From NCBI GenBank assembly GCA_026770705.1, contig JANJGN010000189.1, positions 434,001 to 498,000 of the forward strand: a DNA stretch of 64,000 nt, read 5' to 3'. The position numbers and the translations under genes are program-made. Below are positions 50,701 to 62,817 of the stretch, piece by piece. Each line of letters begins with the position of its first letter. Position 1 is the stretch's first letter. The notes under the pieces were generated by a model that saw only the letters and a program-made list of their open reading frames with translations, made no database searches and was not told the DNA's origin. Source of the DNA: Isurus oxyrinchus. Taxonomy: Eukaryota.

Positions 50701-51703
50701 ACATGATATGAGAAACCGCTTGTTCCCTGCCCTTCTGAAAGATCCATTCCTGCAGCAGGAGCCTGAAGAGTTACTGATAAGAGATTTAATTTATCGGATT
50801 GTAGAATGATCCAGAACTGAAGGAAGCCATTTGGCCCATCGAGCCTGTGCTGCGCCTTTGAAAGATCTGTCCAATTCGTCCCACTCTCACCTCTGCTCTC
50901 TCCCCCACAGCCCTGCAAAATGTCCCCTTCAAGTATTTATCCAGTTCCCCTTCTGAAAGTTCCTGTTGAATCTGCTTCCACCGGCCTTTCAGGCAGTGAG
51001 TCAATGGTCTCTCTCTGAACTGCAAAGTGATAAGTTTCAATGAAATATAAACTCTGCAGCAGATCAGAAACAATCATGATAACTCGGAATATTTGACAGT
51101 TTTACACACAGACAGCTTTGCCTCCCTTCTCTCTATCAGTTATCTTGCTCCCTTATTGAGGTATCTAGCATGGTGAGAAGGGACAGGAAGTGTGACGCTG
51201 AACAGCCTGTCTAATCTAAGAGCTTCTGTGTTGTCTTCATGGGAAGTTCTGATGAAAATCAGCAAGAGAGAAAAATTTCAGGGCATTGATATCGGAGTGC
51301 TTGCATCAGGATAGACTTCATCCCCCAGTTTTTATCCCTGCTTCTCTATTCAGCCGATTGCTCCCCTGTCACTCGCTGACCTACGCTGGCTCCCAGTCCA
51401 GCAATGACTCAATTTTCAAAATCTCTTCATTGATTCCTTATCCCTCCATCCTCCCTCTCTAATCCCTATCACTGTCACCTCCTCCAGCCCTGAAACCCTT
51501 TGAGGTCTCTGCTGTCCTGCAGTTCTGCTGTCAGACAGGGAGTCAGTGTATATCAGTGAGCACAGGGGTGATGGGTGAATGGGACTTGGTGTGAGTTTGT
51601 ACACTGGCTCACTGCTGAATCGGTTCCCTATCAGAGCTCAATAAGAATGTTCTTTTACAAAGACTATTAGCCATAAGTCTGTCCAAGCTGACGATGATAT
51701 TAC

Positions 51704-51743
51704 CTTGGAGAAGTGACAGGAGGAAGTAAGATTTCCCGATCAT
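51704..51743 (-). CDS. Unit C: leader exon MIGKSYFLLSLLQ
   Basis: ATG at 51743, gtaata donor, phase 1; acceptor at 51786-51787. Confidence 0.87.
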
Positions 51744-52193
51744 TGTCCACTCCCAGATATTCCTTTAGCTTCTGACTCTTAAACTCTGAAAGAGAAAGGA
51801 GTTAATGAGACCTCACCTCTTGTCCGACAGCTCTCGAGAGATCAGAACTGCTTTTAGACAATGTCTTCACAGACTAATTTGGTTCTCTGTGGGATGATAG
51901 GTGCTCTGCAGAGAGTGAAAAAGCTTTAAAAAAATAAATCAATGAAGGACTTGCATTTCTATAGCACCTTTCACCACCTCAGGATGTCCCAAAGCTCATA
52001 CCCCTGATATTCCCTCATCCTTTGAGCTAGAAAGATGTTCTGTACAACAGAACTGAGCCTCACACCCAGATCTCAATGATCAGTAGAAATCTTTCAAAGG
52101 CATCAATCATTGGAATCTGTCTTTATAAAGTCACAACATCAACAAAGGACGGTGTTGGTGGTGGAAGTGAATTCCAATCGTTCCGTTACTTAC

Positions 52194-52336
52194 CCAGGAC
52201 CTGTCCGACTGCTCGCCTGGGGAGGAACTGCCCACACGCTCTGCTTGGGCTGAATGACCTCTTCCTGTGCTGCTCCCTCTGTGTGTTTAAATAGAAAGGG
52301 TTGATGTGTCACTGTGAGACAAAATGAGGAAGTGGT
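52194..52336 (-). promoter_or_regulatory. Unit C: non-coding exon 1, TATA-like TATTTAAA and PU.1-like box AAAATGAGGAAGTG
   Basis: gtaagt donor at 52193; block conserved in four copies. Confidence 0.62.
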
Positions 52337-52449
52337 TAGTCCCAAGTTAGAAAGCATCTCTTTGCCTCGCACAGTTAGAAAACTGTTAACCCTTTGTGTG
52401 CCAAGAATGTGGCTGAAGGGCCATCGACTGTTCACATGCTTTAAGCTCG

Positions 52450-53160
52450 AGGTGGTTGAACGGACCTCCTCCTGTTCCTGTGTAACAGGCTTGAGGGGCT
52501 GAATGGACCTCCTCGTGTTCCTGTGCAAGAGGCTTGTGTGGCTGAATGGGCCTCCTCCTGCTCCTGTAAAACTGCCTCGAGGGACTGAATGAACCTCCTC
52601 CTCTGCTTCTTGTGTAACAGCCTTGAGGGGCTGTTTGGGCCCCCTCATGTTCTTATATAAGATGCTCGTGTGGCTGAATGAGACTTCTCCTGTTCCTATG
52701 TAACTGACTTGAGGGGCTTAATGGACCTCCTCCTGTTCCTGTTCATCAAGCTCATGGGGCTGAAATGACCTCATTCCGTTCTGGTGTTAGAGGCTTGAAG
52801 GTCTGAATGGGCCTCCTCCTGTTGCTGTGTAACAGGCTCGAGGGGCTGAATGGGCCTCCTCCTGTTCCTGTGTAACAGGCTCGAGGGGCTGAATGGGCAT
52901 CCTCCTGTTCCTGTGTAACAGGCTCGAGGGGGCTGAATGGGCTTCCTCCTGTTCCTGTGTAACAGGCTTGAGGGGCTGAATGGGCTTCCTCCTGTTCCTG
53001 TGTAACAGGCTTGAGGGGCTGAAAGGCCTCCTCCTTTTCCTGTATAACAGGCTCATGGGGCTGAATGGCCTCCTCCTGTTCCTGTGTAACAGGCTCGAGG
53101 GGGCTGAATGGCCTCCTCCTGTTCCTGTGTAACAGGGTCGCGGGGCTGAATGTCCTCCTC
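52450..53160 (-). repeat. ~42-bp minisatellite (same family as 14735-15230)
   Basis: Tandem ggctgaatggcctcctcctgttcctgtgtaacaggctcgaggg units. Confidence 0.85.
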
Positions 53161-54496
53161 TCATTAAAAATAAATACTGCAGATGTTGTAAATCTTCAAT
53201 AAAAATGAAAAATGTTGCCTTAACTCAGCAGGTCTGGCAGCAGCTGTGGAGAGAGAAACAGAGTTTTTGCTTATAGACTCTGAAGAAGGGTCATACGGAC
53301 TCGAAATGTTAATTCTGTTTATCTCTCCTCAGATGCTGCCAGACCTACTCAGTTTCTCCAGCATTTTCTGTTTTTATTTCAGGTGCTCTCTTGTTCCTGT
53401 GTAGCAGGTTCGAGGGGGCTGAATGGCCTCCTCCTGTTCCTATTCAATGGGCAGTCAAAGTATGCATCTGATTTTGGACCTCAAACCCAATTCTCTCCTC
53501 AGGACATTGACAGATGGAGAGACCAGTTACAGATCAATGCAGGAGGATTATTTATTTTCCCAATCTTTTATCCAAGAATGTCATCAAACATAGAGCAGAA
53601 CCAGGATCAAGGATGTTGGTCTCTGTGATCTGAAACACATCGCACAGTCCACCCATCCACTCAGCCTTCAGAATGGATGCTAATTGTACTCTCCAAGTGT
53701 GAAAGACTAAAATTGAGGTTTATTGCAGCTATATCTCATTCTGTTATCAAAGCTGTCTCATCCATCCATGAACTTCTGAAGAAGGTAAACCTGCAACCAA
53801 TTTTTCACATCATAATTTCCTATGTTCACTGGCAACATCAATGTAAACATGTCACGCTGAAATGATGTCCTCCCACCAGTGGTGGCACTGTAGCACATCT
53901 GTTCTCCTCTGAGCTGCAGAGAATTTCTCAAACCTCCAAACAAATTGTTTCCCTGTTTCCCAGATTGCTGTTAGTTTTGCTGATAACGATGAAGTGTAAA
54001 ATCCAAATATATATCTGAAAATACATTTGATTACAAAATGCTGAGTAAATTTTGCCTATCTCCTCTGCTCCAATTATCCACCGATCCTGCATTTCCTGAA
54101 GTCTACACTGGCTGATGAATATTCTGTAAACACTGACTGACAGGAAGGTGAATAACAGAATGAAAATTAACTCATAATCATGGACACGGGATTGAATTTG
54201 TCCGTTCTGTCCTGGTACATCATCGAACGATATCCAAAGACATTTACAATCAGAATGGAGAGAAGGATGTTTCCAACAGGGAGGGACAATTCTGAAGGAG
54301 GATGTTCGAATTGAAACCCACAGACAATCATCCTGGATAGATCATTCCGAAGAAATTCCATCAGATTGTAACAAGAGGTTTAAATCTATTTCCTGGGAGT
54401 GAGTTCCTGTGGATATTAGGAAGGTAAGTTAGAGTTTTGAATGATTCTCCCGTTCTGTATTCTCCCTACACTGTGTGTGTCTCATTCTTGCTCAGT

Positions 54497-54613
54497 TTAT
54501 AAATTCCCATAAACAGAATCCTTGGCAAATTCACAGTTTGCGTAAAGATCATCATCTGTATCAGGATTGACTCCGCGGTTAGATTTCATTTCCAGATCCT
54601 TCTCATCTTTCTT
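54497..54613 (-). CDS. Unit D: putative terminal cytoplasmic exon, KKDEKDLEMKSNRGVNPDTDDDLYANCEFAKDSVYGNL-stop
   Basis: tttctattacag acceptor, phase 0, two Tyr motifs preceded by acidic residues, TAA stop. Confidence 0.75.
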   Translation of the reverse strand, partial: KKDEKDLEMKSNRGVNPDTDDDLYANCEFAKDSVYGNL

Positions 54614-54711
54614 CTGTAATAGAAACAGAAATGATCAGAGTGACAATCAGAGTGATCAGTGTTTAGTATTATTGATCCAAATCGAAAATTCCACCCACAA
54701 TGGATACATTA

Positions 54712-55330
54712 ATTATTGATACTGAACAGGGTTTGATTATTGATACTGAACGGGGTTTGATTATTGATTCTGAACGGGGTTTGATTATTGATTCTGAACG
54801 GGATTTGATTATTGATACTGAACGAGGTTTGATTATTGATTCTGAACAGGGTTTGATTATTGATTCTGAACGGGGTTTGATAATTGATACTGAACGGGGT
54901 TTGATTATTGATTCTGAACAGGGTTTGATTATTGATTCTGAACGGGGTTTGATAATTGATACTGAACGGGGTTTGATTATTGATTCTGAACGGGGTTTGA
55001 TTATTGATACTGAACGGGGTTTGTTTATTGATACTGATCGGGGTTTGATTATTGATACTGAACGGGGTTTGATTATTGATACTGAACGGGGTTTGCTTAT
55101 TGATATTGAATGGGGTTTGATTATTGATACTGAATGGGGTTTGATTATTGATTCTGAACGGGGTTTGATTATTGATACTGAATGGGGTTTGATTATTGAT
55201 TCTGAACGGGGTTTGATTATTGATACTGAACGGGGTTTGATTATTGATACTGAACGAGGTTTGATTATTGATTCTGAACGGGGTTTGATTATTGATTCTG
55301 ATCGGGGTTTGATTATTGATTCTGAACGGT
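54712..55330. repeat. 24-bp minisatellite (gattattgatactgaacggggttt), about 26 copies, intronic
   Basis: Highly homogeneous tandem units; explains the GLIIDTER and SIIKPRSE ORFs. Confidence 0.95.
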
Positions 55331-55491
55331 GTTGGGTGTGAGTTTGGTTGGGTTTGGGAGTGACTGTATAAAACATTGCAGATACAGGACTGGAGCAGCC
55401 ATATCAATAACCAGGCTACTGGAGCAGCTGAGAGGCTGGGGATCCTGTGGTGTGTGAGTCACCCGATTCCTCAAAGCCCAACCACGCTCAC

Positions 55492-55567
55492 AGTTTTCAT
55501 AAACAGGACCTCGATATTCATCAACACGGTGGTTCGATTTGATTCCTGCTTTCCCCTCGCCTCTCTT
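55492..55567 (-). CDS. Unit D: putative cytoplasmic exon (76 nt), paralog of the 5' part of the terminal exon; frame ambiguous
   Basis: tctattacag acceptor and gtgagc donor; phase-0 reading KRGEGKAGIKSNHRVDEYRGPVYEN; phase-2 reading REARGKQESNRTTVLMNIEVLFMKT is also open. Confidence 0.6.
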
Positions 55568-55914
55568 CTGTAATAGAGATGGAAATGGACAGAGTGACAA
55601 TCAACATGATGTGTATTCGGTGTTGGGTTTGATTATTGGGGAGAGAGTTCCAGATTTCCACTCCCCTTTGTGTGAAGAAGTGCTTCCTGACATCACCCCT
55701 GAACGGCCTGGCTCCAATCTGAAGTTCCGGCCCCCTTGTTCTGGACTCCACCCGACCCCCACCACCCACCCCCACCCGAGGGAATAGCTTCTCTCTATCG
55801 ACCCTATCGAGTGTTTAATCAGTTTGAACCCCTCAATTAGATCACTCCTTAATCTTCTAGGCCCGAGGGAATATAATCGTAGACTGTGTGTAACCTGTCT
55901 GCATAATTTAACCA

Positions 55915-56310
55915 GAAAGATGTTCTGTACAACAGACTTGAGCCTCACACCCAGATCTCAATAATCAGTAGAAATCTTTCAAAGGCATCAATCATTGGAA
56001 TCTGTCTTTATAAAGTCACAACATCAACAAAGGACGGTGTTGGTCATGGAAGTGAATTCCAATCGTTCCGTTACTTACCCAGGACCTGTCCGACTGCTCG
56101 CCTGGGGAGGAACTGCCCACACGCTCTGCTTGGGCTGAATGACCTCTTCCTGTGCTGCTCCCTCTGTGTATTTAATGAGAAAGGGTTGATGTGTCTCTGT
56201 GAGACAAAATGAGGAATTGGGGAACAATTGTGAAAACCCTTTCATTGAAACGTAGGGCCTTAGTGTTGTGCTGTAAACAAACTGTTAACCCTTTGTGTCC
56301 TGACTCTGTG
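55915..56310 (-). promoter_or_regulatory. Orphan copy of the Siglec promoter/exon-1 module inside a unit D intron
   Basis: Near-identical to 39065-39370 and 52030-52330; donor at 56078; no leader exon directly follows. Confidence 0.65.
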
Positions 56311-56921
56311 ACGTGATTCCTGTGTAAAGCTGAGCAGTCGGTGAGCGAGTTTCAATTCACTGCTCACTCCAGGTGTTGAGGTGGATCTTCTGAAGGAGCA
56401 GATGTTGCTCAGCGCTCCTTAAAAACGTGAGAGACTGAACAACGTGTAAGAGGACGAGAGAGAGAATGAGAAGGAGAGCATTAGTGGAGATAAGAGAGAG
56501 AGTGAATGAGAGAGAGAGAGAATGAGAAGGTTAGCATTAGTGGAGATAAGAGAGAGTAAATGAGAGAGTGTATGAGAAGAGAGCATTAGTGGAGGTAAGA
56601 GAGAGTGAATGAAACATGGAAAAAGGAAAGAGATTGTATTCACTAACAAAAGAAAGGTTTTCATTTATATAGCACCTTTCACAAACTCAGGAGGTCACAA
56701 GGTATCTTATGGTCCGGGTCAACACTGCCTGTTACAGGACTGAGTTGTGAAACAGTGAGTGTTGGATGAGATGTTAAACAGTAGGTGAACATCAAAACTC
56801 TTCAGGGGCTGTGAAGCGTTTTGGATTGTAAAAGGTGCTATAGAAATGCAAGTTCTTTCTATAAGGAGAGAAGGTTGAAGAAAACATGTTCAAAAACAAC
56901 CAATTAAACCTTCACACTTAC

Positions 56922-57018
56922 TTTCTCACACACTTGAAGATGAAGAATCCACTCAGTCCAACACTCAAACAGATTCCAGCTCCAAACAATCCTGCTTTCC
57001 ATTCATTGGAATCTCGCC
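56922..57018 (-). CDS. Unit D: TM exon, RDSNEWKAGLFGAGICLSVGLSGFFIFKCVRK (uncharged core)
   Basis: ttttacag / gtaagt; 97 nt, phase 1 to 2; clear paralog of 386-482. Confidence 0.87.
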
Positions 57019-57219
57019 CTGTAAAATCAGCCAATGAATGACTCCGGTACAGTTTGAGAATGGTTCCCTATGTACATGTAGTAATTCTGAACTTGTGAAG
57101 TGATATTGTCTATGCATGAAAGGTCTATACAAATAACATTTATCTATGTAATATTTATTGATAATATCCATGTACATGCAGGTTTCTATAAGGAGGATTC
57201 ACATATAACAGAGGTGCCA

Positions 57220-58240
57220 AGCTGCTGAGGTGACACACTGGACTACATACACACCAAACAGCGGAAACAACATGCTATAGACAGAGCAAAGCGATCCCAC
57301 AACCAACGGGTCAGATCTAAGCTCTGCAGTCCTGCCACATCCAGTCATGAATGGTGATGGACAACTAAAGATCTAACAGGAGGAGGATGTTCCACAAATA
57401 TCCCCATCCTTAATGATGGGGGAGCTCAGCACATCAGTGCAAACGACAAGGCTGAAGCATTGGCAACCATGTTCAGCCAGAAGTGCTGAGTGGATGATCC
57501 ATCTTGGCCTCCTCCAGAGGGTCCCAGCATCACAGATGTCAGCTTTCAGACAATTCGATTGACTCCACGTGACATCAGGAATCAGCTGATGATACTGGAT
57601 ACAGCAAAGACTATTGGCCCTGGCAACAACCCAGCAACTGGAAATAGTGTGGCTACAAATGCGGGTGAGAGGCTGGGAACTCTGTGGTGAATAATTCAAC
57701 TCCTGACTCTCCAAAGCCTGTCCACCGTTGACAAGGCACAAGTCAGGAGTGTGATGGAATAATCTGCAATTGCCTGAATAAGTGCAGCTCCAACAACACT
57801 CAAGAAGCTCGACACCATCCAGGAGCAGCTTGTTTGATCGACAGCCCATCCACCAGCATAAACATTCATACCCTCCACCACTGGCACACAATGGCAGCAG
57901 TGTGCACCATCTACAAGATGCACTGCAGCAACTCACCAAGGCTCCTTCGACAGCACCTTCCAAACTCTTAACCTCTTCCACCAAGACAGTTCCAAGTCAG
58001 TGAGGTGTGTGACTTGGAAGCGAACTTGAGGTGGTGGTCTGCCCTGGGACTTGGAAATATATCGGCCGTTCCTTCACCATCACTGGGACAAAATCCTGGA
58101 ACTCCCTCCCTAACAGCACTGTGGGTGCGCCTACCCCACATGGACTGCAGTGGTTAAAGAAGGCAGCTCACCACCACCTTCTCAAGGGGCAGTTACAGAT
58201 GGGCAATAATTTCTGGTCTTGTCAACAATGCCCACATCCC
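57220..58240 (+). mobile_element. Internally deleted CR1/L2-clade LINE fragment
   Basis: Colinear with 23310-23590 and 4410-4670. Confidence 0.75.
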
Positions 58241-58282
58241 ATGAGCTAATAACACGAGAACGTTCAATTCTGTGTAACTCAT

Positions 58283-58564
58283 GTTCCACAGTGATGGTTA
58301 TAAATCCCTCCACTGCTCCATGTTCATTCTCTGCCGCACACTGATAGTGTCCCGTGTCCCTGGATGTAACGTGAGGAATCACCAACCACAGCTCATTGTT
58401 GGAACTTGTTCTGTTCATTGGGACATTAAGATGTCACCACATCAGGTTAGAAGCTGGGAAGCTTTCGACAGAGCAGATTATCACTGCAGCATTTCCCTCA
58501 ATTATATTGATCGATGAAGCGTTAATCATATCAAGAGAAGTAATTGATGGGTTCCGTGGTGCAT
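58283..58564 (-). pseudogene. Unit D: inactivated membrane-proximal C2-set (type b) exon
   Basis: 282 nt; CGA>TGA at 58434-58436 and donor GT>AT at 58281-58282. Confidence 0.88.
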
Positions 58565-59622
58565 CTAAATACAAATAAAGGTTTCATTGTCAGCAAACAC
58601 AGTGCACAGCAAGACTCCATGATACATCTCTCTCTATTTGGTGTCTATGTGCATTTCAAGAGTTCTTTCCTGTTTTAAGTTCCTATGTCAACTTTTATAA
58701 TGGTCACTGCCGGTGTTTTTCTTTTTGCACATTCATGGGAAGTGGATGTATCTATCTAGACCAGCATTTATTACCCATCCCTAATTGCCCTTGAGGAGGT
58801 GGTGGTGATTTTTCACACCCACAGAATTCCCAGCCTCTGACCTGCTCCTGTAGCCACAGTATTTATGGCCGGTCCAGTTAGTAGTTTGGTTAACATCCCC
58901 CAGGATGTTGATTGTGGGGGATTCAGTGATAGTAAACTCACTGAACATCAAGGGGAGATGGTTAGATTCTCTCTTGTTGGACATGATCACTGCCTGGTAA
59001 TTGTGATGCATTAATTGTCTCAGCCCAAGCTGAGTGTTATTCAGCTCTTGCTGCATGTGGATATGTAAACTGTCATGCTGTAATTACAGCCATCTACCAG
59101 AGGAGACACTGTCGGTCTAGAAGAAAAGAAAATGTCTTTCACATCATCAGGATGTTCACAGGGATTTGACAGTGGAGGAATTGCTTTAGAATAATGGGGT
59201 ATTGAGTGATAAACCTACAATTCTCTGTGCAGGGGGCTGCTCGTCCAATACAGGGTCTTGTTCAGCTGATGTCGTCAGTGTTTCAGAGCAGAATCTGGAG
59301 CAACACTCCAGTGCAGCACAGGGAGAACAGACAACTCACACATGTCTGTGTGTGTGTGAGCAAGCACACGTGTGATTCTGTGTATGTTTCCTTCTGTGTG
59401 TGTGCATGCAGGTGTACACACCTGTGCACATGTGGGATTGCGNNNNNNNNNNNNNNNNNNNNNNNNNNNNNNNNNNNNNNNNNNNNNNNNNNNNNNNNNN
59501 NNNNNNNNNNNNNNNNNNNNNNNNNNNNNNNNNNNNNNNNNNNNNNNNNNNNNNNNNNNNNNNNNNNNNNNNNNNNNNNNNNNNNNNNNNNNNNNNNNNN
59601 NNNNNNNNNNNNNNNNNNNNAC

Positions 59623-59904
59623 ATTCCACAGTGATGGTTCTGAATCCCTCCACTGCTCCATGTTCATTCTCTGCCACACACTGATAGTCTCCAGTGTCCC
59701 TGGATGTAACGTGAGGAATCACCAACCACAGCTCATTGTTGGAACTTGTTCTGTTCATTGGGACATTAAGATGTCGCCACGTCAGGTTAGAAGCTGGGAA
59801 GCTCTCGACAGAGCAGATTATCACTGCAGAATTCTCCTCAATTATATTGATCGATGAAGCATTAATCATTTCAAGAGAAGTAAATGAGAGATCCTGTGGT
59901 GAAT
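59623..59904 (-). CDS. Unit D: C2-set (type b) exon
   Basis: 282 nt, open, phase 1-1, SPQDLSF...IICSVESFPASNLTW...GDYQCVAENEHG. Confidence 0.88.
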
Positions 59905-60736
59905 CTAAGAACAAATCAAGTGTTTAAAAGTGAGCAAGCTAAGTGCACAGCAAGACTTCATGCATCATCTCTCTGTATCTGATGTCCGAATGCATTTCCA
60001 GATAACTTCCCTCAGTATAAGGTCTTATGGCACATTTATAATTGACACTGCTTATGTAAACTGTCACACTGCAGTTGCATTCTCCCACCAGTAGAGGTGT
60101 TGCCCATCTAGAATGAAAGAAGTTTGCTTTCACATCCTCAGGATTTCGCAAAGGGCTTGACAGGCAATGTTTGATTGAGGGAGCACTGAGGGGTAAATCT
60201 ACAATTCTCTGTTCAGGAGGTTGCTCATCCAATTCAGGGTCTTGCTGATCTGGAGTTTACCGTCCTTCAACACAGAATCGGAGCTGATACCGAGACTCCA
60301 GTGCAGCACTGAGAACTCTCGCGTGTGTATGTGTGTGTTTGTGTTACTGCACATGTGAGTGTGTTTGTGTGTGTATGCACACATGTAGCTGTGTGTGCGC
60401 ATGCACGCGTGTCTGTGTGTCTACGTCTGTACATGAGTGAGAGTACGTGTATGTGTGTGTCTATGTGTGGGCATGAATATGTGTGTGTGTTTGAGATGGG
60501 TGTGTATTTTCCTGTGTATGTGTTTGTATGTATATGACTGTCTGTGTATACTTANNNNNNNNNNNNNNNNNNNNNNNNNNNNNNNNNNNNNNNNNNNNNN
60601 NNNNNNNNNNNNNNNNNNNNNNNNNNNNNNNNNNNNNNNNNNNNNNNNNNNNNNNNNNNNNNNNNNNNNNNNNNNNNNNNNNNNNNNNNNNNNNNNNNNN
60701 NNNNNNNNNNNNNNNNNNNNNNNNNNNNNNNNNNAC

Positions 60737-61018
60737 ATTCCACAGTGATGGTTATGAACCCCTCCACTGCTCCATGTTCATTCTCTGCCACACACTGATA
60801 GTCTCCAGTGTCCCTGGATGTAACGTGAGGAATCACCAACCACAGCTCATTGCTGGAACTTGTTCTGTTCATTGGGACATTAAGATGTCGCCACGTCAGG
60901 TTAGAAGCTGGGAAGCTCTCGACAGAGCAGATTATCACTGCAGAATTCCCCTCAATTATATTGATCGATGAAGCATTAATCATATCAAGAGAAGTAATTG
61001 AGAGATTCTGTGGAGCAT
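60737..61018 (-). CDS. Unit D: C2-set (type b) exon
   Basis: 282 nt, open, canonical acceptor, GT donor abutting an N gap. Confidence 0.88.
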
Positions 61019-61766
61019 CTAAAAATAAATAAAGATTTTAATGTGAGCAAGCATAGTGCACAGCAAGCCTCCATGCATCATCTCTCTGTATCTGATGTTG
61101 GAATGCATTTCCAGGTACCTTCCCTCAGGAAAAAGTACTGTCACATTTATAATGGGCACTTCCTATGTAAACTGTCACACTGCAGTGGCATTCTCCCACC
61201 AGTGGAGTTGCTGTCCATCTAGAATGAAAGAAACATCCTTTAACACTCTCAAGATGCCCCCAAGAGATTGAAAGCCCGTGAATTGTATTTGATTGATGGA
61301 GCACTGAGGGGTAAATCTACAATTCTCCGTTCAGGAAGTTGCTCATCCAATTCAGGGTCTTGCTGATCTGGAGTTTACCTTCCTTCAACACAGAAACAGA
61401 GCTGATACCAAGACTCCAGTGCAGCACTGAGAGAGGAGAGGGATCTCACACTTGTGTGTGTGTGTGTGTATTTCTGCACAAGTGAGTTTGTATTTGTGTG
61501 TATGCGCGTGTCTGTCTGCGCATGTGTGGGCACGCGTGTGTATGTGGGTCTTGTGTGTACATCTGTGCTTGAGTGAGTGTGTGTGTATACGTGTGTCTAC
61601 GTGTGCGCATGAATGATTGTATGTGTGAGTTGAGTTTGTGTGTGTTTCTGTGTATGTGTTTGAACGTATGTTTGTGTGTAAGCGTGCTTGTTTGTGTCTA
61701 CACATGAGTGTTTTTGCATGTGTGTGTGTGTTTGTGTGTGTGATGTTGAAGTCTGTGTACACTCAC

Positions 61767-62048
61767 ATTCCACAGTGATGGTTATGAACCCTTCCACTGC
61801 TCCATGTTCATTCTCTGCCACACACTGATAGTCTCCAGTGTCCCTGGATGTAACGTGAGGAATCACCAACCACAGCTCATTGTTGGAACTTGTTCTTTTC
61901 ATTGGGACATTAAGATGTCGCCACGTCAGGTTAGAAGCTGGGAAGCTCTCGACAGAGCAGATTATCACTGCAGAATTCCCCTCAATTATATTGATCGATG
62001 AAGCATAAATCATACCAAGAGAAATAATTGAGACATTCTGTGGAGCAT
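61767..62048 (-). CDS. Unit D: C2-set (type b) exon
   Basis: 282 nt, open, tag acceptor and gtgagt donor. Confidence 0.9.
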
Positions 62049-62724
62049 CTAAAAACATATAAAGATTTTAATGTGAGCAAATATAGTGCACAGCAAGACT
62101 CCATGCATCATGTCTCTGTATCTGATGTCTGAATGCATTTCCAGATACCTTCTCTCAGGATAAGAACTTATTTCACATTTACAATGGGCACTGCCTATGT
62201 AAACTGTCACACTGCAGTTACATTCTCCCACCAGTGGAGGTGTCCATCTAGAATGCAGGAAACTCCCTTTCAGATCCTCAGGATGTCCCCAAGGGCTTCA
62301 AAGGCAATGAATTGTATTTGACCAATGGCGCACTGAGGGGTAAATCTACAATTCACTGTTCAGGAGGTTGCTCCAGCCAGTTCAGTGTCTTGATGATCGG
62401 GAGTTTACCTTTCATCAACAAAGATTCGGAGCTGATACTGAGACTCCAGTGCAGCACTGGGAGAGGAGAGGGAACCCACATGTTTTTGTGTGTGTATGTG
62501 TGTGTTGGCTTGTGTGTGTATGTTTCTGTAAAATAAGGATCTGTGTGTGTGCACGCACTCATGTGTGTTTGTTTGTGTGNNNNNNNNNNNNNNNNNNNNN
62601 NNNNNNNNNNNNNNNNNNNNNNNNNNNNNNNNNNNNNNNNNNNNNNNNNNNNNNNNNNNNNNNNNNNNNNNNNNNNNNNNNNNNNNNNNNNNNNNNNNNN
62701 NNNNNNNNNNNNNNNNNNNNNNAC

Positions 62725-62817
62725 ATTCCACAGTGATGGTTATGAACCCCTCAATTATATTGATCGATGAAGCATTAATCATATCAAGCGAAGTAAATGA
62801 GAGATTCTGTGGTGCAT
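62725..62817 (-). CDS. Unit D: internally deleted C2b exon (93 nt), APQNLSFTSLDMINASSINIIEGFITITVE, a putative linker
   Basis: In-frame 189-nt deletion between two GAGGGG repeats; splice sites retained. Confidence 0.7.

Noticed and set aside
54669-55407. 200+ aa ORFs on both strands; CRISPR-like regularity
   Set aside because: Pure 24-bp tandem repeat with no unique spacers; stop-free by composition; intronic
56369-56418. Possible missing first cytoplasmic exon of unit D (aag...gtgagc)
   Set aside because: Its end phase leads to stops in both downstream exons, and it shows no homology to 1361-1442
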